Shown here: positions 1-10,211 of the stretch, in pieces
Layout of the letters: each line of letters opens with the position of its first letter
Numbering within the stretch: the stretch's first letter is position 1
NCBI GenBank assembly: GCA_963843575.1
Contig: CAWJKZ010000017.1
Coordinates: 160,001-224,000 of the forward strand
From: an uncultured Acidobacteriota bacterium
GTDB lineage: Bacteria; Acidobacteriota; UBA6911
Reading direction: 5' to 3'
Length of the DNA: 64,000 nt
The notes under the pieces: generated by a model
Database searches by the model: none
What the model was told of the DNA's origin: nothing
What the model saw: the letters and a program-made list of their open reading frames with translations, nothing else
Made by a program: the position numbers and the translations under genes

Positions 1-1788
1 AGCGACTCGCGTGGCCGCGGCCAGGACTTCGCGCGCTTCGCGCACGTCGCCCGCGATCGTGCCGCCGCCCGTGTCCCGCACATGTTCCCAGGTAAACGGG
101 ATCAGCACCCGGTCCAGTTTCCCGGCCGTTTCGCGCGCAGCGGGGTCCGTGCGCGACGCCAGCCGCTCCCGCACGATGCGGATCTTCTCGAAATCGACAA
201 AACCCTCTCGCAATCGCTCCATTCGCACCGACGACAATGGGCCCGGGTAGACCAGGAAGGCGTCGCCCGCGGGGAAGCGGAAGTGGCGCGCGTCGCGCAG
301 CGGGTCGGCCGGCCAGCTGTCCCATGCCCAGCGCAGGAACCCGTTCAGCCCGAGCGCCGCTGCGTGCCAGCCCATCCAGACATTCTCGGCCGGAGGCGAA
401 AACGGGAAGTCGTTCGGGAAGGCCGGGGCGCAACACACGTAAAAGGTGCTGGTCTGGCGCCGGGCTCGCCGCGCCGCGATCTCGGCCCGGGGAGTCTCCG
501 TCTCGACCAGAGTGCAGAGATCGTCGATGACCGCGTCCAGCTCGCGGTGATAGCCCCCGGCATACGTCAGCTTCCAGTCGGGAGAATCGGCCCGGGTGAT
601 CTTCACGGCCCTGAGGGTATCCTCCAGCGACCTTTCGTTGACCTCCAGGTAGGTCTTGTCGAACCACTTGCGGTCGACCAGGTGCCTGCGCAGATCGCGC
701 AGAAAAGTGCGCCAGAACCGCTCGTATTGCGGTGAGTCGGTAGTCCACGATTCCCAGCGGTAGTCGCCGGAGGCCCGGTCGAGGTAACGAATCCGGCCGT
801 TCCAGGGCAGCAGCGTGAAGCAGCATATGGCGTCGTCGATCCCGCAGGACATCGCCAGCTCGACGTAAGTGTCGAAAATACGATAGTCGAAGGAGAAGGT
901 GCCGTCCGGCGCGCGTATCCACTCGACCATGCTGCCGTCCGGGATGTAGGTGTCGTCCTTCCAGGGTGAATCGGTTATGTACGCGGAAACGTAGGTCTGG
1001 CCCATGTCTGCAAGGACCCGCAGATGGCGCCGCAGTATGTCCAGATGGGCGTCGCTCCAGGGACGGACACGGTGCTGATGGGCGACGGCCCAGGGGTTCT
1101 GCCAGAAGTCCACGCGGAAGTGCCAGTCGGCGGGCGCGGGTACGGTCCCTGCGGAGACCGCGAGATCCAGGCGCAAGGGGAGCGTGACACCGTTTTCCGC
1201 CCGCAGCTGCACGGTCCCGGAGTAGGCGCCCGGCGCGGCGGTGCGGGGCACGTCTAGCGTGATCCAGATCGGCCGTACGCTCGAGCCCGGCAGATCGATC
1301 GCCGCGGCGGGCTCGAGCAGGTCGGGCAGCGAGTAGACGGCAGTCTGGTCGATGACATCGCAGCTCACCTTCCGGCTCCCTTTCGGCAGCTCGGACAAGA
1401 CATACCGGACAAATCGAATCGACATCGCGCTCGCGGGTATGTGGGCTGCGGCAGCCGTGAGGGCCGCGGGGGCGACGCGCAGCTGCTTGAGCGGCAACTT
1501 CGACCAGACCAGGACTTGGGCGTGAATCCTCTCGCCGCGCCAGGCCACGCCCGACCAACTGCGCTGCTCTCGAACGCCCCCCGGGGGCCGGTGGCGTTCG
1601 AACGTGTCGTCCGTCGACACGAACGAGGCGTGGGCCCCCCCGTCGAGCGCCGCCCAGGACCCGTCGGCCGCGGCCGGGATCTCCAGTTCGGCAATCGGGT
1701 GCGGCTCTACCCGCGGAACCGTGGACTGCCCCGCCCAAACGAGCGGTGCGAACAGAGCACCTGCAAAAAACCGGCCCCTGGCGTTCAT
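1..1788 (-). CDS. GH123/DUF4091-like glycoside hydrolase (putative beta-N-acetylgalactosaminidase family), runs off the left edge
   Basis: Absent from the ORF track (no stop in window). Manual translation from ATG at 1788 is open to position 1: signal peptide MNARGRFFAGALFAPLVWA, then AWRGERIHAQ, RPIWITLDVP, DFWQNPWAVA, FDYRIFDTYVELAM, TFYVCC, GFLRWAWDSWPADP, AGDAFLVYPG, SVRMERLREG. Confidence 0.8.
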   Translation of the reverse strand, partial: MNARGRFFAGALFAPLVWAGQSTVPRVEPHPIAELEIPAAADGSWAALDGGAHASFVSTDDTFERHRPPGGVREQRSWSGVAWRGERIHAQVLVWSKLPLKQLRVAPAALTAAAAHIPASAMSIRFVRYVLSELPKGSRKVSCDVIDQTAVYSLPDLLEPAAAIDLPGSSVRPIWITLDVPRTAAPGAYSGTVQLRAENGVTLPLRLDLAVSAGTVPAPADWHFRVDFWQNPWAVAHQHRVRPWSDAHLDILRRHLRVLADMGQTYVSAYITDSPWKDDTYIPDGSMVEWIRAPDGTFSFDYRIFDTYVELAMSCGIDDAICCFTLLPWNGRIRYLDRASGDYRWESWTTDSPQYERFWRTFLRDLRRHLVDRKWFDKTYLEVNERSLEDTLRAVKITRADSPDWKLTYAGGYHRELDAVIDDLCTLVETETPRAEIAARRARRQTSTFYVCCAPAFPNDFPFSPPAENVWMGWHAAALGLNGFLRWAWDSWPADPLRDARHFRFPAGDAFLVYPGPLSSVRMERLREGFVDFEKIRIVRERLASRTDPAARETAGKLDRVLIPFTWEHVRDTGGGTIAGDVREAREVLAAATRVA

Positions 1789-1817
1789 TGCTTCCTCCCC
1801 GGGAAACGCATGTTGCG

Positions 1818-2714
1818 TTACACCAGCCGCTGCTCGATCCACTCGCGGTTGCGCTTCGCCGAATCGAGCGGGTTGCGGTCTTCCGGCTCGTCTTCCCAGG
1901 AGTACCAGCCGGCATAATTCATCGACCGCAGAGTCTTGAGGCACTCGGCGACGTTCACGACGCCTTCCCCGAGCAGACAGGTCTCATGCCGGCCTGCGGC
2001 CGTGACGTCCTTGATGTGGGTGTGGCGGACCAGGGCGCCGCATCTCCGGATCATCTCAGGCACCAAGGCGCCCTGGGTGCCGTACCAACCGGTGTCGACG
2101 CAGACGCCCAGCCACTGGTTGCCGCCGCCGATCTTGGCCAGCAGCTCCTCGGCGCTCTTCTCCGGGTGGTTCTCGATGTTCAGCCCGATCTTGTACTCCG
2201 CGCATAGGGCGGTCGCCTGATCGGGTTTCAGATTCCCCAATCCGCCGTCGATGTGGGGAATCCCCAGCCAGCGACAGATTTCGAGGGTCTCCTGGCGCAG
2301 GGTGCCGGCATATGCAACCGGCTTCAATCCGGTCTCCTCCAGGATCTCTTTCCAGCGCATCGCTTTAGCGTGGTCGAGAACGCCGGGAGAGGCGTGGGCT
2401 TCCCAGACTTCGACGGCTTTGAAACCGGCGGTCGCGACCTCGCGGCAGATAGTCCGCCAGGCCGCCTCGTCCGTTGCCGCCATCGTCTTCTTGTGCTGAT
2501 CCATCCAGTTCTTGAGCTCAAAGCGGTAGTTCGTCACCCGCGCCACCAGGTTCGCCGTGTTGAACGCGACGCGGGACGCCCCCGCCGCCGGTGTCCGAGC
2601 GGAGGCCGGGATGCCGGAGCCTGCCGTCGCGGCGGCCAGAACGCCTCCGACGGCGCGGATGAAATCCCTCCGGCCCAGTTCGCGGGTCTCTTGCCCTCCT
2701 TGCAGCTGTCGCAT
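1818..2714 (-). CDS. Tat-exported sugar phosphate isomerase/epimerase (xylose isomerase-like/AP endonuclease 2 TIM barrel)
   Basis: Start moved to ATG 2714 (GGGAGG RBS upstream). GRRDFI twin-arginine signal; IENHPE, VDTGW, HTHIKD and WEDE metal-site motifs. Confidence 0.8.
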   Translation of the reverse strand: MRQLQGGQETRELGRRDFIRAVGGVLAAATAGSGIPASARTPAAGASRVAFNTANLVARVTNYRFELKNWMDQHKKTMAATDEAAWRTICREVATAGFKAVEVWEAHASPGVLDHAKAMRWKEILEETGLKPVAYAGTLRQETLEICRWLGIPHIDGGLGNLKPDQATALCAEYKIGLNIENHPEKSAEELLAKIGGGNQWLGVCVDTGWYGTQGALVPEMIRRCGALVRHTHIKDVTAAGRHETCLLGEGVVNVAECLKTLRSMNYAGWYSWEDEPEDRNPLDSAKRNREWIEQRLV

Positions 2715-3186
2715 AGCGGTACCTCCCAAAGTGCTCCAACAAGAGTGCTTAACCGGATGAAACCGGCCTGTCTTCCCCAAAAACCCCGTCCCTTGCGTCC
2801 TTGAGCCGGACGGGAGGCAGCCTGACGATTGCGCTTCGCCTTCGGTTTTAAGGCGACAGTGTACTATGATTGGGTTTTCCAAAAAGCGGTGAAAAGCGGC
2901 TTGGCAGCCTCGGAAGTGAACCCGAGGGCTCAACTCCAGGGCTCAGAGATCTCAAAGAATCGCCAGAATTCAGGAAGCAGGGTATGCAGATCCCCTCCAG
3001 TGCGGTGCCTCCTCAAGCTAGTCCGAAACTACCGCCCCGCTCGTACGTAAGAGTATAAGAATGGAAGCGATAAATTAGAGCAGGCCTGGCATCGAGCGGC
3101 GGTATCCCGCTTCGCTGTAAAATCTTCGGGTCCCCGACACCCGTCGTGCAGCACCTATAAGCATGAGCAGCAGGAGGTTTCCTGGC

Positions 3187-5094
3187 ATGAAGGTTCGCCC
3201 CCGTATCGTCGTTTTCCTAATCGCCGTCTGCATTTATTCGCTCGTTCCCAACGCGCTGGTTTTCTCCGGGGAGCAGAGGAACGACCCGCCGCAGGCGCCC
3301 GCAGGCCGGAACGGGAACTGGTTCTCCAATATTCTCGATACCTACCGCGACAAGCCGGTGGCGCGCATGGAACTCGAGAACTCGCCCCGCATAGAGAACC
3401 TGATCGTGGACGGGAAGATCGAACTGACCCTGTCCGACGCGCTGGCCCTCGCGCTCGAAAACAACCTCGACATCGCGGTGCAACGGTTCATCCCCAGTTT
3501 CTCGCAGACCGATCTGCTGCGGAGCCAGGCGGGGCAGTCCCCGCGCGGCTTTTCGGGGGCCACGATCCCGGGAGGGTTGACGGCGGGTGCCATCGGGGCC
3601 GGCATCAGCGGATCGGGTGCGGGGTCGGGCGTGGGGAGTGCGGGCGGCATCACCGGGGGCGGGGGAGCGGTGCAGGTCGGTTCCGCCGGCAATTTCGACC
3701 CCAGCTTCAACCTCAACTTCAGCTGGGACCGGGTCACGTCGCCCTTGAACACGATCCAGGTATCGGGCATCCCCACCGTCATCGGCCAGACCTCGGCCTT
3801 CACCGCCAGCTATGCTCAAATGTTCGGGCTCGGCACCAGTTATTCGCTTACTCTCAACGGGCAGCGGCAGAGCTCCACGCAGCGGAACCTCATCTTCAAC
3901 CCGGCCTCCGTGAGCCGTTTCGCGTTCGGCTTTAACCAGCCGCTGTTGAACGGATTCGGGCGCCTGAGCAACGAACGGTACATTTGGGTGGCGCGCAACA
4001 ACACCAAGGTGTCCGAGCAAGTCTTTCGGCTGCAGGTCATCAACACGGTCGTCGGAGTGGAAAACGCCTACTGGGACCTCGCCGCGCTGCAGGAAAACAT
4101 CAGGGTTGCGGAACAGTCGCTCGCCGTCTCGCAACAGCTTTACAGGGACAACCAGATGCGGGTTGAGATCGGGACCATGTCGCCGCTGGACGTGACTTCC
4201 GCGGAGTCCGAGGTCGCCGGGCGTACCCGCGACCTGACCCTGGCCCGGACCAACGCGCAGGTCCAGGAAGCCACCTTGAAGAACATGCTGGCCAAGAAGG
4301 TAGGGGCGGAGCTGGATGCGGCACGCATCGTGATCAAGGACCCGATGCCGGTGCCTCAGGACGCCGACATCCCAGACCTGCAGACCACGCTTGCCGGCGC
4401 GCTGGAGAGCCGCCCGGAATTGTCGCAGTCCCAGATCAACATGCAGAACCAGGAGATCGCCGTCCAGTTCACGGAAAAGGCGTTGAAGCCGGCGTTCGCG
4501 GTGTTCGGCTTCTATGCCGGCTCCGGGCTCCAGGGGGAACCGACGTCAGATACGACCATCCGTTCGGGCCTGGCCGATGCCATGGGGCAGAGTTTCAGGG
4601 CCGATTTCCCCGAGTACGCGGGGGGATTCAGCATGTCGATCCCGATCAGGAACCGCACCGCACAGGCCGACAGCCTGCGCGCCCAGCTCGAGATGAACCA
4701 GCTGCGCGTGACGCAGCAACGCTCGAAGAACACGGTCTCGCTGGAAGTCCGCAAGGCGATGATCGGACTGGTCCAGGGCAAGGCACAGGTCGAAGCTGCC
4801 GGCCAGGCGGCTCGATTGGCGCGCGAGATCTGGGAGGGCGAAAAGGAGAGACTCCTGGCGGGCGTTTCCACCTCCTATCAGGTGATCCTGCGCGAACGCG
4901 ACTACACGACGGCGCAGCAGGCCGAGGTGGCCGCGGTCGTCGCATACGCCAAGGCGCTCGTCGAGCTCGACCGCGCCCGCGGAACCACGCTCGACCGGAA
5001 CCGGATCGAGTACAACGACGCCCTCACGGGCAAGATCTCCAGCCTGCCGGTTACGCCGTTCAGCCTGCGCGGCGGAAGCAAGGAGGTCCGGTAA
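3187..5094 (+). CDS. TolC-family outer membrane efflux protein (paralogue 1)
   Basis: AGGAGG RBS before ATG 3187; LSDALALALENNLDI, VENAYWDL and coiled-coil OEP repeats; Gly-rich insert; upstream of RND and MFP genes. Confidence 0.85.
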   Translation: MKVRPRIVVFLIAVCIYSLVPNALVFSGEQRNDPPQAPAGRNGNWFSNILDTYRDKPVARMELENSPRIENLIVDGKIELTLSDALALALENNLDIAVQRFIPSFSQTDLLRSQAGQSPRGFSGATIPGGLTAGAIGAGISGSGAGSGVGSAGGITGGGGAVQVGSAGNFDPSFNLNFSWDRVTSPLNTIQVSGIPTVIGQTSAFTASYAQMFGLGTSYSLTLNGQRQSSTQRNLIFNPASVSRFAFGFNQPLLNGFGRLSNERYIWVARNNTKVSEQVFRLQVINTVVGVENAYWDLAALQENIRVAEQSLAVSQQLYRDNQMRVEIGTMSPLDVTSAESEVAGRTRDLTLARTNAQVQEATLKNMLAKKVGAELDAARIVIKDPMPVPQDADIPDLQTTLAGALESRPELSQSQINMQNQEIAVQFTEKALKPAFAVFGFYAGSGLQGEPTSDTTIRSGLADAMGQSFRADFPEYAGGFSMSIPIRNRTAQADSLRAQLEMNQLRVTQQRSKNTVSLEVRKAMIGLVQGKAQVEAAGQAARLAREIWEGEKERLLAGVSTSYQVILRERDYTTAQQAEVAAVVAYAKALVELDRARGTTLDRNRIEYNDALTGKISSLPVTPFSLRGGSKEVR

Positions 5095-6941
5095 TGCGCG
5101 CCCTGACGACGTTCTCCAAAGCCGTGGCCGCCGGGGGGGGGCACCGGGCTCTGTATCTCCTGTGCGGCGCCTGGCTTGCCTGCGGGGCCGCGGCGGCTCA
5201 AGAACCCCGGACGACGCCGGATTATGGCGCAAACCCCGAGTGGTTCCCGCGGATTCACAAACCCTATGTGCAAAGGGAGGTCCCCGCGGTTGACTTGACG
5301 AATTCCGCCGACCTCCAGCGGGCGGTGGCTAACGGTACCCTCGCGCTGTCGCTCGAGCAGCTGAAAAAAGTGGTTCGGGAAAACAACCTCGACATCCAGA
5401 TTGCGCGCAACAACACGTTCTACTCCCAGACCGACTCGTTGCGTGCCAGGGGAGGCGGGGCGCCGCGGGGGGCGCCCGGCGTTTCGATCCCCAGCAGCCT
5501 TTTTGCCGGGGCCATCGGGGCGGGTGTAGGCGGCGCCGGAGGGCTGGGCGGATTCGGCTCCGCGGGAGGGATCACCGGCGGCGCGCGCCAGGTCAGCGCC
5601 AACCCGCGCGGGAGCTTCGACCCCAGCCTGCTCTTCGGTTTTTCGGTCGATCGGACGAAGAGCCCGCTGAACACCATCCGCGTCTCCGGGCTGCCGGAGA
5701 CCACCACCTCGAGCACCGCCCTGCAGGCGCGCTATTCCCAGGCGTTCACCACCGGCACCAGCGTCAGCGTCGCCTTCAACAACATGCGGCAGAGCTCCAC
5801 GCAAAGATTTCTGCTCTACAACCCGGATTTCGTCTCGACCCTCTCCTTCACGGTAACCCACCAGCTACTGAGCGGCGGTGGCGCGGTCAACCGCAGGTTC
5901 ATGGAGGTCACGAAGAAACAGTCCGAGATCGAGCAGCAGATCTTCCGCTCGCAGCTCAACACCACGCTCGCCCTCGCCCAGAACACCTATTGGGACGTCG
6001 TTTCGGCACGCGAGAACGTCCGGGTGGCGGAGGAGTCGCTCGACGTCGCGCGGCGGCTTCACGAGGACAACAAGATGCGGCAGGAATTCGGCAAGATTTC
6101 CTCGATGGAGGTCGTGACGGCCGCTTCCGAAGTGGCCGCCAGGCAGCGCGACCTGATCAACGCCCAGGCCACGCTGCAGATGAAGGAGGTGGACCTCAAA
6201 AACATCATCAGCAAGGAGATCGACATGGCACTCGGCGCGGCCCGGATCGAGACCTCCGACCCGCTGCCCGAACCCAAAGACAGCGATATCCCCCGAAGGG
6301 AAGACGCGCTGGCCCTGGCGCTGCGCAACCGGCCGGAGATCCGCCAGGCCGAGATGAACATGCAGGTCCAGGACATCGCGATCAGGTACGAAAAGAACCT
6401 CCTCAAGCCCAGTCTGGTCGTGTTTGCGATGTACAACACCTCGGGCCTGTATGGAAGCCGCACGATCGACAACGGCGACGGTACCGTCACCGTCCTGCCG
6501 GGCGGCATGTTTCAGACGTGGCGCCGGGTGTTCGGAGCCGACTATCCGGAATACGCGGTGGGCTTTTCCCTCTCGATAAACCTGCGCAACCGGAGCCCGC
6601 AGGCGGACAACTACCGCGCCAAGCTCGAGCAGCTGCAGACGGAAACGTCACTGCAGCGCACGCGCAACAGCATCTCGCTCGAGGTGCGGAAGTCGATCGT
6701 GGGGCTGATCCAGAACAAGGCGCAGGTCGAGGCGGCACGGAAGGCGGTCGCCCTTACCCGCGAACTCGCCGCGGCGGAGCAGACGAGGATGGTGGAAGGG
6801 GTCTCGACGCCCTACGAGGTGATCCGCCGGCAGCGGGACCTCAGGGCCGCCGAGTTCGCCGAAGTCCAGGCCAGATCCAATTACGCCAAGGCGCTCGTTG
6901 AGCTTGGCCGGTCCACGGGAAGCCTCGACGAAACGAGATGA
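5094..6941 (+). CDS. TolC-family outer membrane efflux protein (paralogue 2)
   Basis: TAATG overlap with paralogue 1; ENNLDI, QNTYWDV; shares the Gly-rich segment GAIGAG..GSAGGITGG with paralogue 1. Confidence 0.85.
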   Translation: MRALTTFSKAVAAGGGHRALYLLCGAWLACGAAAAQEPRTTPDYGANPEWFPRIHKPYVQREVPAVDLTNSADLQRAVANGTLALSLEQLKKVVRENNLDIQIARNNTFYSQTDSLRARGGGAPRGAPGVSIPSSLFAGAIGAGVGGAGGLGGFGSAGGITGGARQVSANPRGSFDPSLLFGFSVDRTKSPLNTIRVSGLPETTTSSTALQARYSQAFTTGTSVSVAFNNMRQSSTQRFLLYNPDFVSTLSFTVTHQLLSGGGAVNRRFMEVTKKQSEIEQQIFRSQLNTTLALAQNTYWDVVSARENVRVAEESLDVARRLHEDNKMRQEFGKISSMEVVTAASEVAARQRDLINAQATLQMKEVDLKNIISKEIDMALGAARIETSDPLPEPKDSDIPRREDALALALRNRPEIRQAEMNMQVQDIAIRYEKNLLKPSLVVFAMYNTSGLYGSRTIDNGDGTVTVLPGGMFQTWRRVFGADYPEYAVGFSLSINLRNRSPQADNYRAKLEQLQTETSLQRTRNSISLEVRKSIVGLIQNKAQVEAARKAVALTRELAAAEQTRMVEGVSTPYEVIRRQRDLRAAEFAEVQARSNYAKALVELGRSTGSLDETR

Positions 6942-7055
6942 ACGCGGTCTGTCTCGGGATTCCGTCAGTGGTTCCCGAGGGCTCCCGGTGCTAGCGCGGG
7001 GTGGGCGGGGTCGAATCGCCTGCGCCCACCGGGTTGATGGAAAGCGGGGTTGAGA

Positions 7056-10000
7056 ATGAACATCACGGAAATTTTCATCCGGCGGCCGGTGATGACGACG
7101 CTGGTGATGCTGGCGATTCTCATCTTCGGGGTGGTCGGGTACCGCACCCTTCCCGTCAGCGATCTCCCCAATGTCGACTTCCCGACCGTCATGGTGAACG
7201 CCAGCCTCCCCGGCGCCAGCCCCGAGATGATGGCCGCCTCGGTCGCGAGCCCGCTGGAGCGGCAATTCTCGACCATCCCGGGGGTCGACTCCATGTCGTC
7301 GTCGAGCTCCCTCGGATCGACCAGCATCACGATCCAGTTCGCGCTGGACCGCGAGCTCGACGCCGCCTCACAGGACGTGCAGACCGCGATCGCCACCGCC
7401 CAGCGGATGCTGCCGCCCGGAATGCCGAGCCCGCCGACGTTCCGCAAGGTCAACCCGGCGGACATGCCCATCCTGATGATGTCGCTCAACTCGCCGACGC
7501 TCCCCTTTTCGGAGGTGGACAATTACGCCGAGAACATGATCGCGCAGCGCATCTCGATGGTCTCGGGCGTCGCGCAGGTGAACGTCTACGGCAGCATGAA
7601 GTACGCGGTGCGCGCGCAGCTGGACCCGACGATCCTGGCCAGCCGCGGCATCACCATCAGCGAAGTCGGCGCCGCCATCAGCCAGCACAACGTCAACATG
7701 CCGAGCGGCACCTTGTCGGGCTCCAGGCAGGCCTACACGGTGCAGGCGACCGGGCAGCTCACCAGTGCCGAGGCGTACCGGCCGCTCGTCGTCGCCTACC
7801 GCAACGGCGCGCCCGTCCGCCTGCAGGAACTCGGACGGGTGATCGACAGCGTGCAGAACGACAAGGCGGCGGCGTGGTTCAACGACGCGCGCTCCGTCAC
7901 CCTGGCCGTCCAGCGGCAGCCGGGAACCAACACGGTGGAGGTCGTCGACTCGGTCAAAAAGCTGCTCCCCACGTTCCGCTCCTTCCTCCCCCCTTCGGTG
8001 AACATGGACGTCCTGATCGACCGTTCGGAGGCGATCCGCGAGTCGGTCGACGACGTGAAGTTCACCCTTCTTCTGACCGTGATCCTGGTCGTTCTCGTCA
8101 TTTTCATATTCCTGCGCAACGTCACCGCGACCCTGATACCCAGCCTGGCGCTGCCCATGTCGATTATCGGCACCTTCGCCGCCATGGCGCTGCTGGGTTA
8201 CACGCTGGACAACCTGTCCCTGATGGCCCTCACACTCTCGGTGGCGTTCGTCGCCGACGACGCGATCGTCATGCTCGAGAACATCTTCCGGCACCTCGAG
8301 ATGGGAAAGCCGCGGCTGCAGGCGGCGCTCGACGGGGCCAAGGAGGTCGGCTTCACGATCCTGTCGATGACCCTCTCGCTGGCCGCCGTGTTCATCCCGG
8401 TCCTGTTCATGAGCGGGATCATGGGGAGGCTGTTCCACGAGTTCGCCGTCGTCATCAGCGTGGCCATCCTGATCTCGGGCGTCGTCGCCTTGAGCCTGAC
8501 CCCCATGCTGGCCAGCCGCATGATCAAATCGGAGCACGGCCGGCGACACAACTGGTTGTACCGCATGACAGAGCGCGGATTCGACGCGATCCGCGACGCC
8601 TATGGGTGGAGCTTGCGGGGTGTGTTGCGTCAGCGCTTTCTCACGCTGCTCGTGGCGCTGGGTACGCTCGTGGCCACGGTTTATCTCTACGGGTTCGTAC
8701 CGAAGGGGTTCATACCCAGCCAGGACACCGGCACGCTTTCCGGGACCACCGAGGCGCCGCAGGACATCTCGTTCGAGGGCATGACCAAGATGCAGCGTCA
8801 GGTCGCCGCCGTCATCGCCGCGGACCCCAACGTCGCCGCGTACTCCTCGAACATCGGATCGGGTTTCGGCGGGAGCGGTAACGCCGGCCGTTTCAACATC
8901 CGGTTGAAACCGCGCACCGAGCGCATCCTGACGCCCGAACAGGTCATCGAGGGGCTGCGGCCGAAACTGAGCGCGATCCCCGGAATCCGCACTTATCTGC
9001 AGAACCCGCCCCTGGTGCGCATCGGCGGGATGTCGAGCCGCAGCCTGTACCAGTTCACCCTTCAGGGCCCCGACATCGCCGAGCTTTACCAGGCCGGCGG
9101 AGATTTCGAAAAACGGATGCGCACGCTGCCGATGCTGGTGGACGTCACGAGCGACCTGCAGCTCAACAACCCGCAGGTCACGGTCAAAATCGACCGCGAC
9201 ATGGCGTCGCGGCTAAACGTCACCGCCGACGTGATCGAGACGGCGCTCTACAACGCCTACGGGTCGCGCCAGATCTCGACCATCTACACTGCGACCGATG
9301 CGTATTACGTCATTCTCGAACTCCTCCCCGAATACCAGAGGGACCCGAACGCGCTCGGCCTGCTCTACGTCAAGTCGTCCACCGGCAGTCTGGTGCCGCT
9401 GAACCAGGTCGCGAGCCTGGCCTCCGGGGTCGGCCCGCTCACCGTCGCGCACTACGGGCTGATGCCCGCCGTCACCCTGTCGTTCAACCTCCAGCCCGGC
9501 GTTTCGCTCGGCCAGGCGGTCGAAGCGATACAGCAGGCCGCGGTCGAGAGCCTGCCGGCCAACATCAACACCACCTTTCTCGGAACGGCCGCGGCGTTTC
9601 AGTCGTCGCTGCAGGGGATGGGCGTGCTGCTGATCCTGGCCATTTTCGTGATCTACATGGTGCTCGGGATCCTGTACGAAAGCTTCATCCACCCTGTGAC
9701 GATCCTTTCGGGGCTGCCATCGGCCGGCTTGGGCGCCCTGGCAACCCTGCTCGTGTTCAGGCAGGAGCTGAACATTTACTCGTTCGTGGGGATCATCATG
9801 CTGATCGGCATCGTCAAGAAGAACGCGATCATGATGATCGACTTCGCGCTCGAGGCGCAGCGGCAGCAGGGGAGCTCCCCGGTGGACGCCATCTACCAGG
9901 CCTGCCTCGTGCGGTTCCGCCCGATCATGATGACCACGATGGCCGCCCTGATGGGGACCTTGCCGATCGCCCTGGGGATGGGCGCCGGCTCGGAGGCGCG

Positions 10001-10166
10001 ACGTCCTCTCGGGCTCGCGGTCGTGGGAGGCCTGGTCGTCTCCCAGTTGCTGACGCTCTACATCACCCCGGTTGTCTACGTCTGGCTCGAGAAGGCGCGC
10101 GAAACGGCGCACAACCTGCGGACGGCGCGCGCGCCTGTCGCGCAGGAGGTGGGCGCCGGCAAATGA
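7056..10166 (+). CDS. RND efflux permease, MdtB/MdtC-like (HAE1)
   Basis: FIRRPVMTTL, LPNVDFPT, ADDAIVMLENI, GIVKKNAIMMIDFA, RFRPIMMTT; about 1036 aa. Confidence 0.93.
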   Translation: MNITEIFIRRPVMTTLVMLAILIFGVVGYRTLPVSDLPNVDFPTVMVNASLPGASPEMMAASVASPLERQFSTIPGVDSMSSSSSLGSTSITIQFALDRELDAASQDVQTAIATAQRMLPPGMPSPPTFRKVNPADMPILMMSLNSPTLPFSEVDNYAENMIAQRISMVSGVAQVNVYGSMKYAVRAQLDPTILASRGITISEVGAAISQHNVNMPSGTLSGSRQAYTVQATGQLTSAEAYRPLVVAYRNGAPVRLQELGRVIDSVQNDKAAAWFNDARSVTLAVQRQPGTNTVEVVDSVKKLLPTFRSFLPPSVNMDVLIDRSEAIRESVDDVKFTLLLTVILVVLVIFIFLRNVTATLIPSLALPMSIIGTFAAMALLGYTLDNLSLMALTLSVAFVADDAIVMLENIFRHLEMGKPRLQAALDGAKEVGFTILSMTLSLAAVFIPVLFMSGIMGRLFHEFAVVISVAILISGVVALSLTPMLASRMIKSEHGRRHNWLYRMTERGFDAIRDAYGWSLRGVLRQRFLTLLVALGTLVATVYLYGFVPKGFIPSQDTGTLSGTTEAPQDISFEGMTKMQRQVAAVIAADPNVAAYSSNIGSGFGGSGNAGRFNIRLKPRTERILTPEQVIEGLRPKLSAIPGIRTYLQNPPLVRIGGMSSRSLYQFTLQGPDIAELYQAGGDFEKRMRTLPMLVDVTSDLQLNNPQVTVKIDRDMASRLNVTADVIETALYNAYGSRQISTIYTATDAYYVILELLPEYQRDPNALGLLYVKSSTGSLVPLNQVASLASGVGPLTVAHYGLMPAVTLSFNLQPGVSLGQAVEAIQQAAVESLPANINTTFLGTAAAFQSSLQGMGVLLILAIFVIYMVLGILYESFIHPVTILSGLPSAGLGALATLLVFRQELNIYSFVGIIMLIGIVKKNAIMMIDFALEAQRQQGSSPVDAIYQACLVRFRPIMMTTMAALMGTLPIALGMGAGSEARRPLGLAVVGGLVVSQLLTLYITPVVYVWLEKARETAHNLRTARAPVAQEVGAGK

Positions 10167-10211
10167 GGACACCGTCGCCGGCGTCTCTGGTACAAGGAGG
10201 TTCATACCGGT

